A DNA stretch of 64,000 nt, from positions 159,855 to 223,854 of the forward strand of contig JBAZZB010000002.1 in assembly GCA_041659045.1 (NCBI GenBank). The letters run 5' to 3'. The stretch's first letter is position 1. Each line of letters starts with the position of its first letter. The stretch comes from Patescibacteria group bacterium. Lineage in GTDB: Bacteria; Patescibacteriota; Patescibacteriia; SG8-24; DYFX01. Shown here piece after piece: positions 28,644 to 40,732 of this stretch. A program made the position numbers and the translations under genes. The notes below the pieces were generated by a model. The model made no database searches and was not told the origin of the DNA. It was given only the letters and a program-made list of their open reading frames with translations.

Positions 28644-29399
28644 TTATTTTCTCTCCCTCATCAATCGTTCAGCAATCTCAAGCTGTTCCGTCGTGTTGAT
28701 ACCGAGCGCCTCCTCAGGCTGAATAGGAACTGTCGTCACCTGCTCGCCGTCCGTAATAGCCTTGGAAAGCAGCGCTGTCAGGTAGTACTCGCCCTGGGCG
28801 TTATCGGTCGTAAGTGTCTTTAGGCTTTCCCACAACCACGCTGCCTTAAAACAGTAAAAACTGGGAAAAACCTCTCGAATTGCCAGCACGTCAGGAGCCG
28901 CATCTTTCACCTCAACAATACGCTCAACGGCGCCGTTCTCGCCACGAACAATGCGTCCGAAATCAGCAAACGGTTTACGCCATTCTTCGTAATCAGAAAC
29001 GGTAACCGTGCCGATGGTAAGCGTCGCGCCGCTTGCGAGGTGCATGTCTGCAAGTTTGCGAACGGACGCAGCGCTCGTAAACGGTTGATCGCCGACCAAC
29101 ACAATCACGTCGTCGACCGATCCTTCAAGAAGCGGTTGTGCACGCATGACGGCGTCGCCAGTCCCCTTCAACTCAGACTGTACGGCATACTCACAACGAT
29201 CTTCGCAAACCTCCTTCACCTTTTCAGCCATATGCCCGACGACGACAACTGGTTTTTCGTCGACACCCGAGGCAACGACCGCATCAAGCACGTATCCCAA
29301 CATCGGCTTACCGAGTACTTCATGAAGTACTTTCGGGAGCTCTGATGGGCCCATGCGCTTACCTTTTCCAGCAGCGAGAATAACGACACGAATACTCAT
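28644..29399 (-). CDS. GlmU-like nucleotidyltransferase (N-terminal domain only)
   Basis: LAAGKGKRM, PKVLH, GTGDAV, GRIVR, IVEVKDA, NAQGEYYLT, GINT; no hexapeptide repeats. Confidence 0.85.
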   Translation of the reverse strand: MSIRVVILAAGKGKRMGPSELPKVLHEVLGKPMLGYVLDAVVASGVDEKPVVVVGHMAEKVKEVCEDRCEYAVQSELKGTGDAVMRAQPLLEGSVDDVIVLVGDQPFTSAASVRKLADMHLASGATLTIGTVTVSDYEEWRKPFADFGRIVRGENGAVERIVEVKDAAPDVLAIREVFPSFYCFKAAWLWESLKTLTTDNAQGEYYLTALLSKAITDGEQVTTVPIQPEEALGINTTEQLEIAERLMRERK

Positions 29400-29411
29400 A
29401 GTTGCGACACC

Positions 29412-29891
29412 TTACATGTTTGCGACCACTTTGTACACCTCTTCTAACGTGCCGCAGACAGGCACGTTTTGTGTGCTTGGAAGTGGTTTCGGGCCACTCA
29501 TGCCGATGAGACGTGCGCCCGGCATCACCATCGCTATCGCATCTAGTTCTCCACCGTGATCATTGATAAAGACAAGTGGCTGTGGCCACTCGGCATACTT
29601 CTCAGCGTGCGTCTCCTTCGGCTCCGCCGTGTAAACAATATCTTCAAAATAGCTGTGTAGTCCGGAAGACAAGACCTTTTTTTCTTGCCATGCAGGGTCA
29701 CCAATCGTTACAAGCGTCAGGTTCCAACCATCCTCCTTCAGACGAGTGAGCACTGAAATTGACTCTGGAAACAGGAACTCCGACATGCGCTCAATAACGC
29801 CCGCCTCATCGTCCGCAATCTCCAGAGCCTTCTTAAACCTCGTGGTATCGGCAAGAGTGTAATCAAAGTCAAAAACAATCGTGCCTTTCAT
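29412..29891 (-). CDS. HAD-family hydrolase
   Basis: FDFDYTL motif I; ATGA overlap with the upstream gene. Confidence 0.75.
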   Translation of the reverse strand: MKGTIVFDFDYTLADTTRFKKALEIADDEAGVIERMSEFLFPESISVLTRLKEDGWNLTLVTIGDPAWQEKKVLSSGLHSYFEDIVYTAEPKETHAEKYAEWPQPLVFINDHGGELDAIAMVMPGARLIGMSGPKPLPSTQNVPVCGTLEEVYKVVANM

Positions 29892-30862
29892 AGACCACCA
29901 AGACAATTGCGAATAATGAGTGCGGCCAGAACCTCGGGATCATGGCGAATAAGCGTGCGGCGAATCGGATCCCCTGCTTTTAAGAGCGGAATTGTTCTCG
30001 AGATAAGATCCGCCGAGAGGTATTGGCGCGTGTTTTTCATGCCTGGCTCGACGATGGGAACAGGGAACTCCCCTTCTGCGGCATAGCGATCTAACAGTTC
30101 CTGTTCCGGCACCGCCCCATTGGATGTGACAAAATCGATACGATTCTTTCCGATATGCTTCTCGATTCCAGCAACAAAGTCATCAACCGTGAACCCGTCC
30201 GTATGCCCCTTTTTTGTCATCAAATTGCAGTTGTAGACAACTCTGGCTTTCGAACGAAGTACCGCCTCGGCCACACCTTTCACAAGAAGCGTCGGTAAGA
30301 TGCTGCAATAATAGTTTCCGGGTCCGATAACAATACAGTCAGCAGCTTCGATTGCCTCAATCGCTTTCGGATTAGCGTACACTTCCGGATCAAGATGCAG
30401 TTCGGGATCTTTTGGAAGTTCCGCGTTCTCGATCGCGTACTGTCCGTGCACGCACACCTCGCCTCGACCGCAGACCAAACGCGTGTTCTGCGTCGTGATG
30501 GGAATAACCGTACCACGTGTCGCAAGCACCATGCCGGCAACTCGGACCGCCTCGTCAAAGTTTCCTGAAATTTTTTCAAGCGCGGAAAGAAAGATGTTGC
30601 CAAAATTATGACCTTTGAGGCTACCGACTTCAAAACGATAGTTAAAAAGATCGCGGACAATGGTATCTGCTTCTGAAATTGCAACGAGACACTGACGCAC
30701 GTCCCCGGGTGGAAGCACGCCCAGCTCGTCTCGCAAGACTCCCGTCGAACCGCCGTCGTCAGCCATCGAAACAACCGCCGTGAGTTTCACGGGGTATTTT
30801 TTAAGACCCGTTAACAAAGTAAATTGTCCGGTTCCTCCGCCGATTGTGACAATGGATTTCAT
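29888..30862 (-). CDS. yvcK: YvcK/GlmR-family (CofD-like) protein
   Basis: IGGGTG, DDGGSTG, PPGDVRQC, GHNFGN, GPG, RHDP. Confidence 0.92.
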   Translation of the reverse strand: MKSIVTIGGGTGQFTLLTGLKKYPVKLTAVVSMADDGGSTGVLRDELGVLPPGDVRQCLVAISEADTIVRDLFNYRFEVGSLKGHNFGNIFLSALEKISGNFDEAVRVAGMVLATRGTVIPITTQNTRLVCGRGEVCVHGQYAIENAELPKDPELHLDPEVYANPKAIEAIEAADCIVIGPGNYYCSILPTLLVKGVAEAVLRSKARVVYNCNLMTKKGHTDGFTVDDFVAGIEKHIGKNRIDFVTSNGAVPEQELLDRYAAEGEFPVPIVEPGMKNTRQYLSADLISRTIPLLKAGDPIRRTLIRHDPEVLAALIIRNCLGGL

Positions 30863-30864
30863 GA

Positions 30865-32694
30865 TTATTCAACGGTAACAGACTTTGCGAGATTGCGAGG
30901 CCTATCGACATCAAGGCCTTTAGCGACCGCCGTTTCATAGGCAAGCATTTGGAGCGGCAGCACGGACAAGATCGGTTGAATGACCGCGTGCGTCGAAGGA
31001 ATTTTGAGTACGACGTCCGCCGCGCGGCCCAACTCATGAAAACCTTCCGGTGTCGTAATTGCGTACGTTTTTGCGCCGCGCGCGTGCACTTCTTCTAGGT
31101 TGCTTTTAATCTTCTCAAACACCGCGTCATGTGGGGCCAGTGCAATGACGGGAAATCCTGGTTCAATCATCGCAATCGGTCCATGTTTCATCTCTCCCGA
31201 AGCGTAGCCTTCAGCATGAAGATAAGAGACTTCCTTCAATTTGAGCGCGCCTTCCAAGGCAATAGGGTAATGCAGCGTGCGCCCCAAAAACATGGCATGC
31301 GGTCGCTCCGCGATCGAAGCTGCCCACTCAGCAATTGTGGGCCGAAGCTTCAGCACGCTCTCAATTTGTTCCGGCAAGGCCTCGAGCGCCGCAGCGACGT
31401 TTCTCGCTTCAGCCAACGGCAGACCACGCTCGCGCCCGAGCGCCAGAGCAAAGAGCAGAAAGACCGTAAGCTGCGAGATAAACGCTTTTGTTGAAGCGAC
31501 GCCGATTTCGGGGCCTGCGTGATTATAGATACCGGCATCAACTTCGCGTGCGATCGTCGAACCGACCGTGTTCACGATACCCATCGTCAGCAAGCCGGCG
31601 CTTTTTGCCAGCCGCATGGCTGCCAACGTATCGGCCGTTTCACCGGACTGACTAACCGCGAGCAAGGCGATGCGATTCGAAAGCACTGGTTCTCGATAGC
31701 GATACTCCGAAGCCTGATCAACGGAAACCGGAATTTTTGCCAAGCGCTCGATCATCTGCGCGCCGACCAATCCGGCGTAATAGGCAGAACCGCACGCCAC
31801 AATCTGAATGCGCCTCATATCCTTGAGTGCGGAACGCAGGTCGTTAAACACTCCGAGCGTCACTTCCCCATCCGAGGCGAGGCGGCCTCGAAGAGCCGCG
31901 CGCACCGTTTCGGGCTGCTCGTACATCTCTTTGAGCATGTAATGAGCATAACCACCCTTCTGAATCTCCTTTTCCGTCCACTGAATAGACTGCACGGCCT
32001 TGTCGACGCGTGCCGCTTGCAAGGTGGTCACGTTTACTCCTGAAGAATTCAGGAGCGCCATTTCGCCGTCATCCAGATACATCACGTCGCGCGCGATTCC
32101 GACCAAAGCCGCCGGGTCGGAAGCGACCAAAAGTTCGTTCGTGCCGACCCCGATCACAATCGGGCTCCCAAGCCGAGCGACGACAATTTCTCGCGGATGC
32201 TCAGCGTGCATAACCGCGATACCATAGGCTCCGCGTAAGTGTCGCAGAGCAAGCCGGACCGCTTCGGTCAGATCCGCATCATGATATTCCTCGATGAGAT
32301 GCGCGAGTACTTCCGTATCGGTTTCTGATGTAAACGTGTGGCCGCTTTTTTCAAGCCACAGTCTCAGTTCAGCATAATTCTCAATAATGCCGTTGTGCAC
32401 GATTGCGACTTTTCCAGTGCAGTCGGTGTGAGGGTGCGCGTTCGCTTCCGTTGGAGCGCCATGAGTTGCCCAGCGCGTATGTGCGATTCCGATCGTCGCT
32501 TCACGATCAGCGCAGCCATCCAGACGTTCAACCAAGCGGTCGATACGACCTGCGGTTTTGAAAATATGCAACCCTTCCTTCGACGGCAGAGCAACGCCGG
32601 CGGAATCATACCCACGATACTCAAGAGACCGCAGCCCGCGAATCAGGATGGGGAGAGCGGGACGCGTTCCGATGTATCCGACAATTCCACACAT
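30865..32694 (-). CDS. glmS: Glutamine--fructose-6-phosphate aminotransferase
   Basis: MCGIVG start, EYRGYDSAG, HTRWATHG, SQSGETADT, PRNLAKSVTVE. Confidence 0.97.
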   Translation of the reverse strand: MCGIVGYIGTRPALPILIRGLRSLEYRGYDSAGVALPSKEGLHIFKTAGRIDRLVERLDGCADREATIGIAHTRWATHGAPTEANAHPHTDCTGKVAIVHNGIIENYAELRLWLEKSGHTFTSETDTEVLAHLIEEYHDADLTEAVRLALRHLRGAYGIAVMHAEHPREIVVARLGSPIVIGVGTNELLVASDPAALVGIARDVMYLDDGEMALLNSSGVNVTTLQAARVDKAVQSIQWTEKEIQKGGYAHYMLKEMYEQPETVRAALRGRLASDGEVTLGVFNDLRSALKDMRRIQIVACGSAYYAGLVGAQMIERLAKIPVSVDQASEYRYREPVLSNRIALLAVSQSGETADTLAAMRLAKSAGLLTMGIVNTVGSTIAREVDAGIYNHAGPEIGVASTKAFISQLTVFLLFALALGRERGLPLAEARNVAAALEALPEQIESVLKLRPTIAEWAASIAERPHAMFLGRTLHYPIALEGALKLKEVSYLHAEGYASGEMKHGPIAMIEPGFPVIALAPHDAVFEKIKSNLEEVHARGAKTYAITTPEGFHELGRAADVVLKIPSTHAVIQPILSVLPLQMLAYETAVAKGLDVDRPRNLAKSVTVE

Positions 32695-32763
32695 AGGTAG
32701 TTCCAACGTACCTGCTCCTGGCCGCTTTATCAAACCGCAAAAAAACCCAGCCGAAGCCGGGTC

Positions 32764-33486
32764 CTATTCCATGTGCTCGATCCACCACCGCATCGCGGTA
32801 TTGGGGTCGTCTGTGAAGTCGAAGTGATAGATCCAGCGACGCTGATAGCCGTCGATCTGGAGCTCAACATAGGCAGTGCCGGGTTCGAGAATCCTGCTGA
32901 GATCCCCAGTACCTTCGGCATAGAAGACAATCTTGAATGACCGCGAGAACAGCGGAAACTCATTCGCGACCTCTTCCACATGTTGGTAACGTCTGGCTCT
33001 GCCAGTCTCGTGATCCTGAACAACCAGATGCGTCTGCATGTGAGCGCCTGTAATCGTGGCGCTGTGGTCCTGCAGACGGTCCTTCGCATGCAGCTCTCCT
33101 TTGAGCCTACGGCCGTCCGGGAGTTTCAGCGAGAAGCTCTGCTTCATCTCCACCAACTCATCCTTGAAGTTGGAGAAGAGTAGGCATTGGAAGATGATGC
33201 GCGTCGTCGTGGTCTTGTCAGGCAGGATCTCGCAGAACTCGCCAAGAAACCTGAGTGCCATTGGTCTGTTCTGCGGGCCGACGATGGTGTGCTTCACCTG
33301 TACGCGTGTTTCCTTGCGTGTGATCACGAGGAGCAGCGGCGCACGTCCTTCTTCTGGATTGTCTGCTTTCGGATCATGGAGCGGGTGTAAAACCGTTCCG
33401 CGCGCACGAAAGGTATTCGGAGCGCACGCGCCCAGGATCAGGATAAGGCTAAGGACGGGCCAAAGAACTTTACCGCTATGCCTCAT
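32764..33486 (-). CDS. Hypothetical lipoprotein (orphan)
   Basis: LILGAC lipobox; GAGGAGG SD; terminator CCCGGC-TTCG-GCTGGG-T6 downstream. Confidence 0.65.
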   Translation of the reverse strand: MRHSGKVLWPVLSLILILGACAPNTFRARGTVLHPLHDPKADNPEEGRAPLLLVITRKETRVQVKHTIVGPQNRPMALRFLGEFCEILPDKTTTTRIIFQCLLFSNFKDELVEMKQSFSLKLPDGRRLKGELHAKDRLQDHSATITGAHMQTHLVVQDHETGRARRYQHVEEVANEFPLFSRSFKIVFYAEGTGDLSRILEPGTAYVELQIDGYQRRWIYHFDFTDDPNTAMRWWIEHME

Positions 33487-33569
33487 GATGCCCTCCTCGA
33501 AGAACTGAAACCACCTTACGTGAGAGCACTGCCGTTGGCAACTTCTGGCAAGAAAAAAGCGCCCTGAGA

Positions 33570-33830
33570 TCAGGGCGCGTCTGAATCCTCTTTTGGAATG
33601 TCCATCTCGCCAAGCGGGATATCCGCAACGCCGCGGTCGCCCGTATCAGGCTTCTTGCTACCGTCCTGGTTCGGCATCTCGTAGCCAGGCTTCGGGGTTT
33701 TCTCGCGAGGATCGGTGTCTGGATTCTCGCGTGGGTCGTCGGCTGGAACTCGAGGCTGCTCGCCCTCCTGCCTACGCTGACGCTCCCTTTCCCTCTCAAG
33801 GATCTTCTCAATGACCCATGGATCGAGCAT
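33570..33830 (-). CDS. Small charged, probably disordered hypothetical protein
   Basis: GGAGG SD before MLDPWVIEKILERERERQ. Confidence 0.6.
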   Translation of the reverse strand: MLDPWVIEKILERERERQRRQEGEQPRVPADDPRENPDTDPREKTPKPGYEMPNQDGSKKPDTGDRGVADIPLGEMDIPKEDSDAP

Positions 33831-33893
33831 GTGCGCCTCCATAAACAGGTGTGTATTGACCTTAGCAGTCACGGTTGAAACCGCCAAGACCTG

Positions 33894-34937
33894 TTACTTA
33901 GTCTTCTGGGAACGAGCCGCGTAAAGCGCTTTTAAGGCCTCTTTATAAGCTTTCACGAGACTCGGTACTTGCCCATCAAGAAGCGCGTATCCACCATCAA
34001 CGTCACCTGCGACAATGAGATCGTGCGCCTGGCGGTAGGTGTCTTTAAGACTCGCCAGAGCCTCTTCCACCGCGGTTATCTGAGTCGCCAAGTCGGCATT
34101 TTCACCTGAGATTTTTTTTGCCGTCGCGACCTGGTGATCAAACTGCCGCATCTGTTTTTCGAGCGTCGCAAACTTCTGAGGAGCCTTGCGCTGCTTTTCC
34201 AACACGCCAAGGCTGCCCTTCAATGTTCCGGCAACTAACTCCATCGATCCTTGAATTTCAGGGAGATCCTCCGCCTCTTCCGTCGTGTCTACGGCTTTCA
34301 GGTCTGATGCGATTTTTTCGCCGTTCAGGATCGCCTCTTTAAGACCCGGCGGAACCGTCATGCCCTTTTTTTCTAGCTCCGCAATTTTCCGTTTGATTGA
34401 AGCAAGGTTGCGCGAAAATTCTGACATGCGCTTTTTGGCGGTCAAAATCTTTTTTTGCAACTCACGTTTCTCAAGACTGCGTTCAGCTGAAGATGATGCG
34501 GATCCCGTTTTACGAGATTCTTTTGAATCTTTTTTCAGTTCCTTTGTCGACTTCCCTTCTTTTGAAGGCAGGCCAAGTTGTGGGGCGAGCGCGCACCGTG
34601 CGTAACAATCCTTGGCACGTGTATCACACATGACACTTCGCTGCTCTTGCGTGCTTGTTGCCGCATTCAAAGAACAAAGGCTCTTTTGGGCTTCACACTG
34701 GCGAACACACGAATCTACGCCAGAAACGACGGCCGGTAACGTGGCGTCATCAATCTGTTCGGGCGCTTGCGCATACATGGCAATCGGCAGCCAGGCGATA
34801 AGCGCCATGTTTATCACGGCCATCCACGCGATAAATCCATGTACTGGACGGTCGTGTTTCTTCCAAAAAGGAAGCTTAGGAGGCACATGAATGGCCTCGC
34901 ATACGCACAACTCGCCCGCACACAAACACATCGCCAT
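33894..34937 (-). CDS. Membrane-anchored protein with Cys-rich segment and long coiled coil
   Basis: TM helix, CxxxCxxxxxxC...C...CxxxC segment, K/E-rich heptads; start uncertain. Confidence 0.65.
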   Translation of the reverse strand: MAMCLCAGELCVCEAIHVPPKLPFWKKHDRPVHGFIAWMAVINMALIAWLPIAMYAQAPEQIDDATLPAVVSGVDSCVRQCEAQKSLCSLNAATSTQEQRSVMCDTRAKDCYARCALAPQLGLPSKEGKSTKELKKDSKESRKTGSASSSAERSLEKRELQKKILTAKKRMSEFSRNLASIKRKIAELEKKGMTVPPGLKEAILNGEKIASDLKAVDTTEEAEDLPEIQGSMELVAGTLKGSLGVLEKQRKAPQKFATLEKQMRQFDHQVATAKKISGENADLATQITAVEEALASLKDTYRQAHDLIVAGDVDGGYALLDGQVPSLVKAYKEALKALYAARSQKTK

Positions 34938-35101
34938 ACTTTTTTTATTTTAGTTTCCTTTTCTAAAACAAAACGAACTCGCACAATCAAAAGCCGAGTC
35001 CGTCCAAGGTCAAAATCATGGTGGAAGGATCGCGCTTTCTTTATCGATATCAGTGTATCATTTTTTTCGACTTTGATCAAGTGCCTTGAAGTATTTTTTA
35101 C

Positions 35102-35727
35102 AAAGTTAAAGAGCCGCCCGCGAGAGATGCGGAGCGGCTCAGTGCCTTCTTGCCGTGCGAACGGCGGTGTCGGATCGTAGCCGTGTCGTGCCGGAGCGGT
35201 CGGGGCGCACGGTGCGCGCCGAGGGTAGCTGCGGCTAGCGAGCTGGCGTGATGCCGACCAGTTGGTCGAAGGCGAGTGTGCACGTACGGATCGCCAGGGT
35301 TCATGCCTTGCCTGGATGGCGTCGCAGCAAAAGCCGCGAATGATCCTCGGTACGTGGGTGAGGGTGAGGGTGAGGAATGCTTCTCTTGCGTCCCACTCGC
35401 AGAGTGAGACGCGGGGAAGCTCCTCGCGATGCGCGACAGACTAGCGTATCAGTGGGTGTGCTTGGATGCTCTTCACGGTTCCTCCGTGTGCTTGGTGGGC
35501 GTTGGCCCCGAGGCGACGCGGACCGCATGTCCGCGCGTCTGGGGAGCCTGTCGCCGGCGCCGAGGTTGGTTCAGAAAGAGGTGTGACAGTGCGTCTTCGG
35601 CGGATCCTTCATGGAACCTCCAAGTACGTTGCGAGTATTGGCCCCTTACAGTGACCAGGATTGACCAGCTTCACTTTGGAAGCAGGCCGCTTCGCTTGGC
35701 GATCCGAGGTTTACACCCCGGAGACAA
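35102..35727 (-). ncRNA. Candidate large structured ncRNA (unknown family)
   Basis: Bounded by a near-consensus promoter and a terminator-like hairpin; many short hairpins; no convincing protein ORF. Confidence 0.45.
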
Positions 35728-35732
35728 TGGTT

Positions 35733-35761
35733 AATCTAGCAGAAATCCACAAAACTGTCAA
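35733..35761 (-). promoter_or_regulatory. sigma70 promoter TTGACA-17-TAGATT with extended TG
   Basis: Minus strand TTGACA gttttgtggatttctgc TAGATT. Confidence 0.75.
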
Positions 35762-35798
35762 GGGTTGGTGACAGATGTACAAGAAATCCATAAAAAGC

Positions 35799-35824
35799 AA
35801 AAACCCCTCTTTCGAGGGGTTTTT
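35799..35824 (-). terminator. Terminator after 5S rRNA
   Basis: AAAACCCC-TCTTTCGA-GGGGTTTTT. Confidence 0.8.
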
Positions 35825-35829
35825 ACATA

Positions 35830-35950
<121 letters not shown>

Positions 35951-36129
35951 CGTTATCACTATGATATCGTATCGCCTTGATTTGTCCCGACACGTGTCGG
36001 GAGGACAACAAAGAATACAGAATGATGACGTTTCCGACTCCGAACGCTTGCGCGCTCGGACGGATTTTTGGGTAGAAAGTACTAGTCCTTCTTACGAACT
36101 TGCGTTCGCTCGAAGCACTCGTGCTTCAG

Positions 36130-39224
<3,095 letters not shown>

Positions 39225-39340
39225 CTGAAGCACGATGTGCTCCAGCAGTTTCACTTACATTCTCGCTTTCAATTGCAATTCAATTCAGTACTTGTATGTA
39301 CTGTACCCATTTCTAATCTATCTTGACGTCATTTCGTCTG

Positions 39341-39360
39341 TATTCAGTTGTCAAGGTTCC
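39341..39360 (-). promoter_or_regulatory. boxA-like rRNA antitermination element
   Basis: GGAACCTTGACAACTGAATA about 120 nt upstream of 23S, resembling the boxA motif of rRNA spacers. Confidence 0.55.
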
Positions 39361-39666
39361 GTCCGTCTGTCGTTGGCCCCGCCTTTCGGTCAGGGTTTGC
39401 GTCCGCTTCTACACGGACTCCGACTTACGAACCGGGATGGGAACTGGACCTCGTAGTGTCTGCAGTAGAATAGCAGTCCCGTAGGTGACCAGGAGTTCCC
39501 GTCTCGATTCACAAGTGCTTTGAGGATGAAGTAAGGACCAAAAAAACCGCCTTCCAAGCGGTTCCAGCGGCTCGACTTCGGAAGTCGGGCATGGGCTAGC
39601 TCGGTTTACGCTACTACGACTCAGTTGTGAGCGCGTTACGCAAAGTGGCAGGTTTAAGTTGTCCAC

Positions 39667-39695
39667 AGTATAGATGAGTCCAAAATCCCTGTCAA
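39667..39695 (-). promoter_or_regulatory. rRNA promoter (proximal)
   Basis: TTGACA-17-TATACT. Confidence 0.8.
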
Positions 39696-39746
39696 GGGCG
39701 GGCTCTGGAACCGATTTCTACTGCGAAGGACGAGGTAACAGGCGGC

Positions 39747-39775
39747 ACTTTAGTGAAGTGTGGAGGGCCTGTCAA
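39747..39775 (-). promoter_or_regulatory. rRNA promoter (distal)
   Basis: TTGACA-17-TAAAGT. Confidence 0.65.
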
Positions 39776-39868
39776 GTGAGCTAATATTAGCCATGAATGA
39801 GCACTTACGATGGAAGTATTTTTTGACTTCTGCTAGGCTTTCGTCAGTTCTGTCTACGAGGAGGCACT

Positions 39869-40078
39869 ATGCACGTTCGTGAAGATGCGAGTGCAGAGGA
39901 GATCCGTGATCGGCAAGAAACATGGGAACGTAAAAAACGGGGCACATTGCTTGAGCTACTCCCCGCACGTTTCCTTCTGACAGGTGTCGTGTTTGTCGCG
40001 ACGCTCGTCGAAAAGCGGCGACCCTGTGCTGCGTTGAAGGAGGCGTGGAGTTTCTGGCGGCTGGAGGTGTTCAAATGA
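39869..40078 (+). CDS. Small hypothetical protein (orphan)
   Basis: GAGGAGG SD; hydrophobic segment. Confidence 0.5.
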   Translation: MHVREDASAEEIRDRQETWERKKRGTLLELLPARFLLTGVVFVATLVEKRRPCAALKEAWSFWRLEVFK

Positions 40079-40284
40079 TAGAGAACGAGACACAGCGAAT
40101 CGATCCGCGCGCCATCCTTATAGGTATAGCCGGCGGCTACCTCGGCCTCGTGCTCCTAGCCTTCTGGGTGGACGGCAAGCTCTATAAGCGTCGGCTGCGC
40201 AAGAAGCGAGAGCGTTCGGAGTTCACGCCCAAGGATCGAGCGTGGTTTAGAAAGGATGATACGGATGCGCCCAAGGATCACTGA
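40075..40284 (+). CDS. Small single-TM protein with basic tail
   Basis: GGAGGT SD, ATGA overlap. Confidence 0.55.
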   Translation: MIENETQRIDPRAILIGIAGGYLGLVLLAFWVDGKLYKRRLRKKRERSEFTPKDRAWFRKDDTDAPKDH

Positions 40285-40657
40285 AGGACGTCGGATCGCC
40301 GAGATCGCGGCAGGCGCGGTCGGCGCACGAAATCACAACCCAATCGCGTTCGTCGCCTGGCTCTTCCGTCATGCCAAGATCGAGCTGGAAGAGGATCTCG
40401 TCGCCATCTGGAACGCCGGAGATTCAGTGGTCGGCTCAGATCTGTGGCCGGCGGACGTCGTGTTCTCCACGGGCAAGCCAGCACGACTCTTGCCGACGAA
40501 GCGCTACGCCGGGCACCTTGGCGTGTTCGTCGGAGGCGAGGAGCGCGACATCGTGCACGTGCATCCCGACACCGGGTGCGTCACGAAAGTTCCCATCAAT
40601 GACTTCATGGAAGAAGGCTCCTTCCGAGGCACGCGGCGCTTCATCGCCAGCTCTTGA
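40265..40657 (+). CDS. NlpC/P60-like protein lacking the catalytic Cys
   Basis: FVAWLF, ADVVFS, GHLGVFVG, IVH, FRGTRRF; the DCS position reads NPI; start 40256 or 40265. Confidence 0.65.
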   Translation: MRPRITEGRRIAEIAAGAVGARNHNPIAFVAWLFRHAKIELEEDLVAIWNAGDSVVGSDLWPADVVFSTGKPARLLPTKRYAGHLGVFVGGEERDIVHVHPDTGCVTKVPINDFMEEGSFRGTRRFIASS

Positions 40658-40732
40658 ACAGCTGGCATTTTTTGTTGACAAGCAAGCCGTTTCTGCACAG
40701 GATACGTGCGGACTGATGAAGGAGTAGACGAC

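Noticed and set aside
32695-32763. glmS ribozyme upstream of glmS
   Set aside because: Only about 40 nt between the upstream terminator and the ATG, and the conserved ribozyme core is absent.
35098-35528. Coupled 75-aa and 68-aa minus-strand ORFs with an ATGA overlap
   Set aside because: Arg/Pro/His/Ser-rich composition typical of non-coding GC-rich DNA, no clear SD, and the second runs through the terminator; not fully excluded.
35102-35727. tmRNA or RNase P RNA as the identity of the candidate ncRNA
   Set aside because: No T-arm/CCA end or TTCGAC D-loop for tmRNA; no GAGGAAAGTCC P4 motif for RNase P.
39472-39486. CCTACGGGA on the minus strand resembling a conserved 16S site
   Set aside because: A 9-nt match with no flanking 16S similarity.
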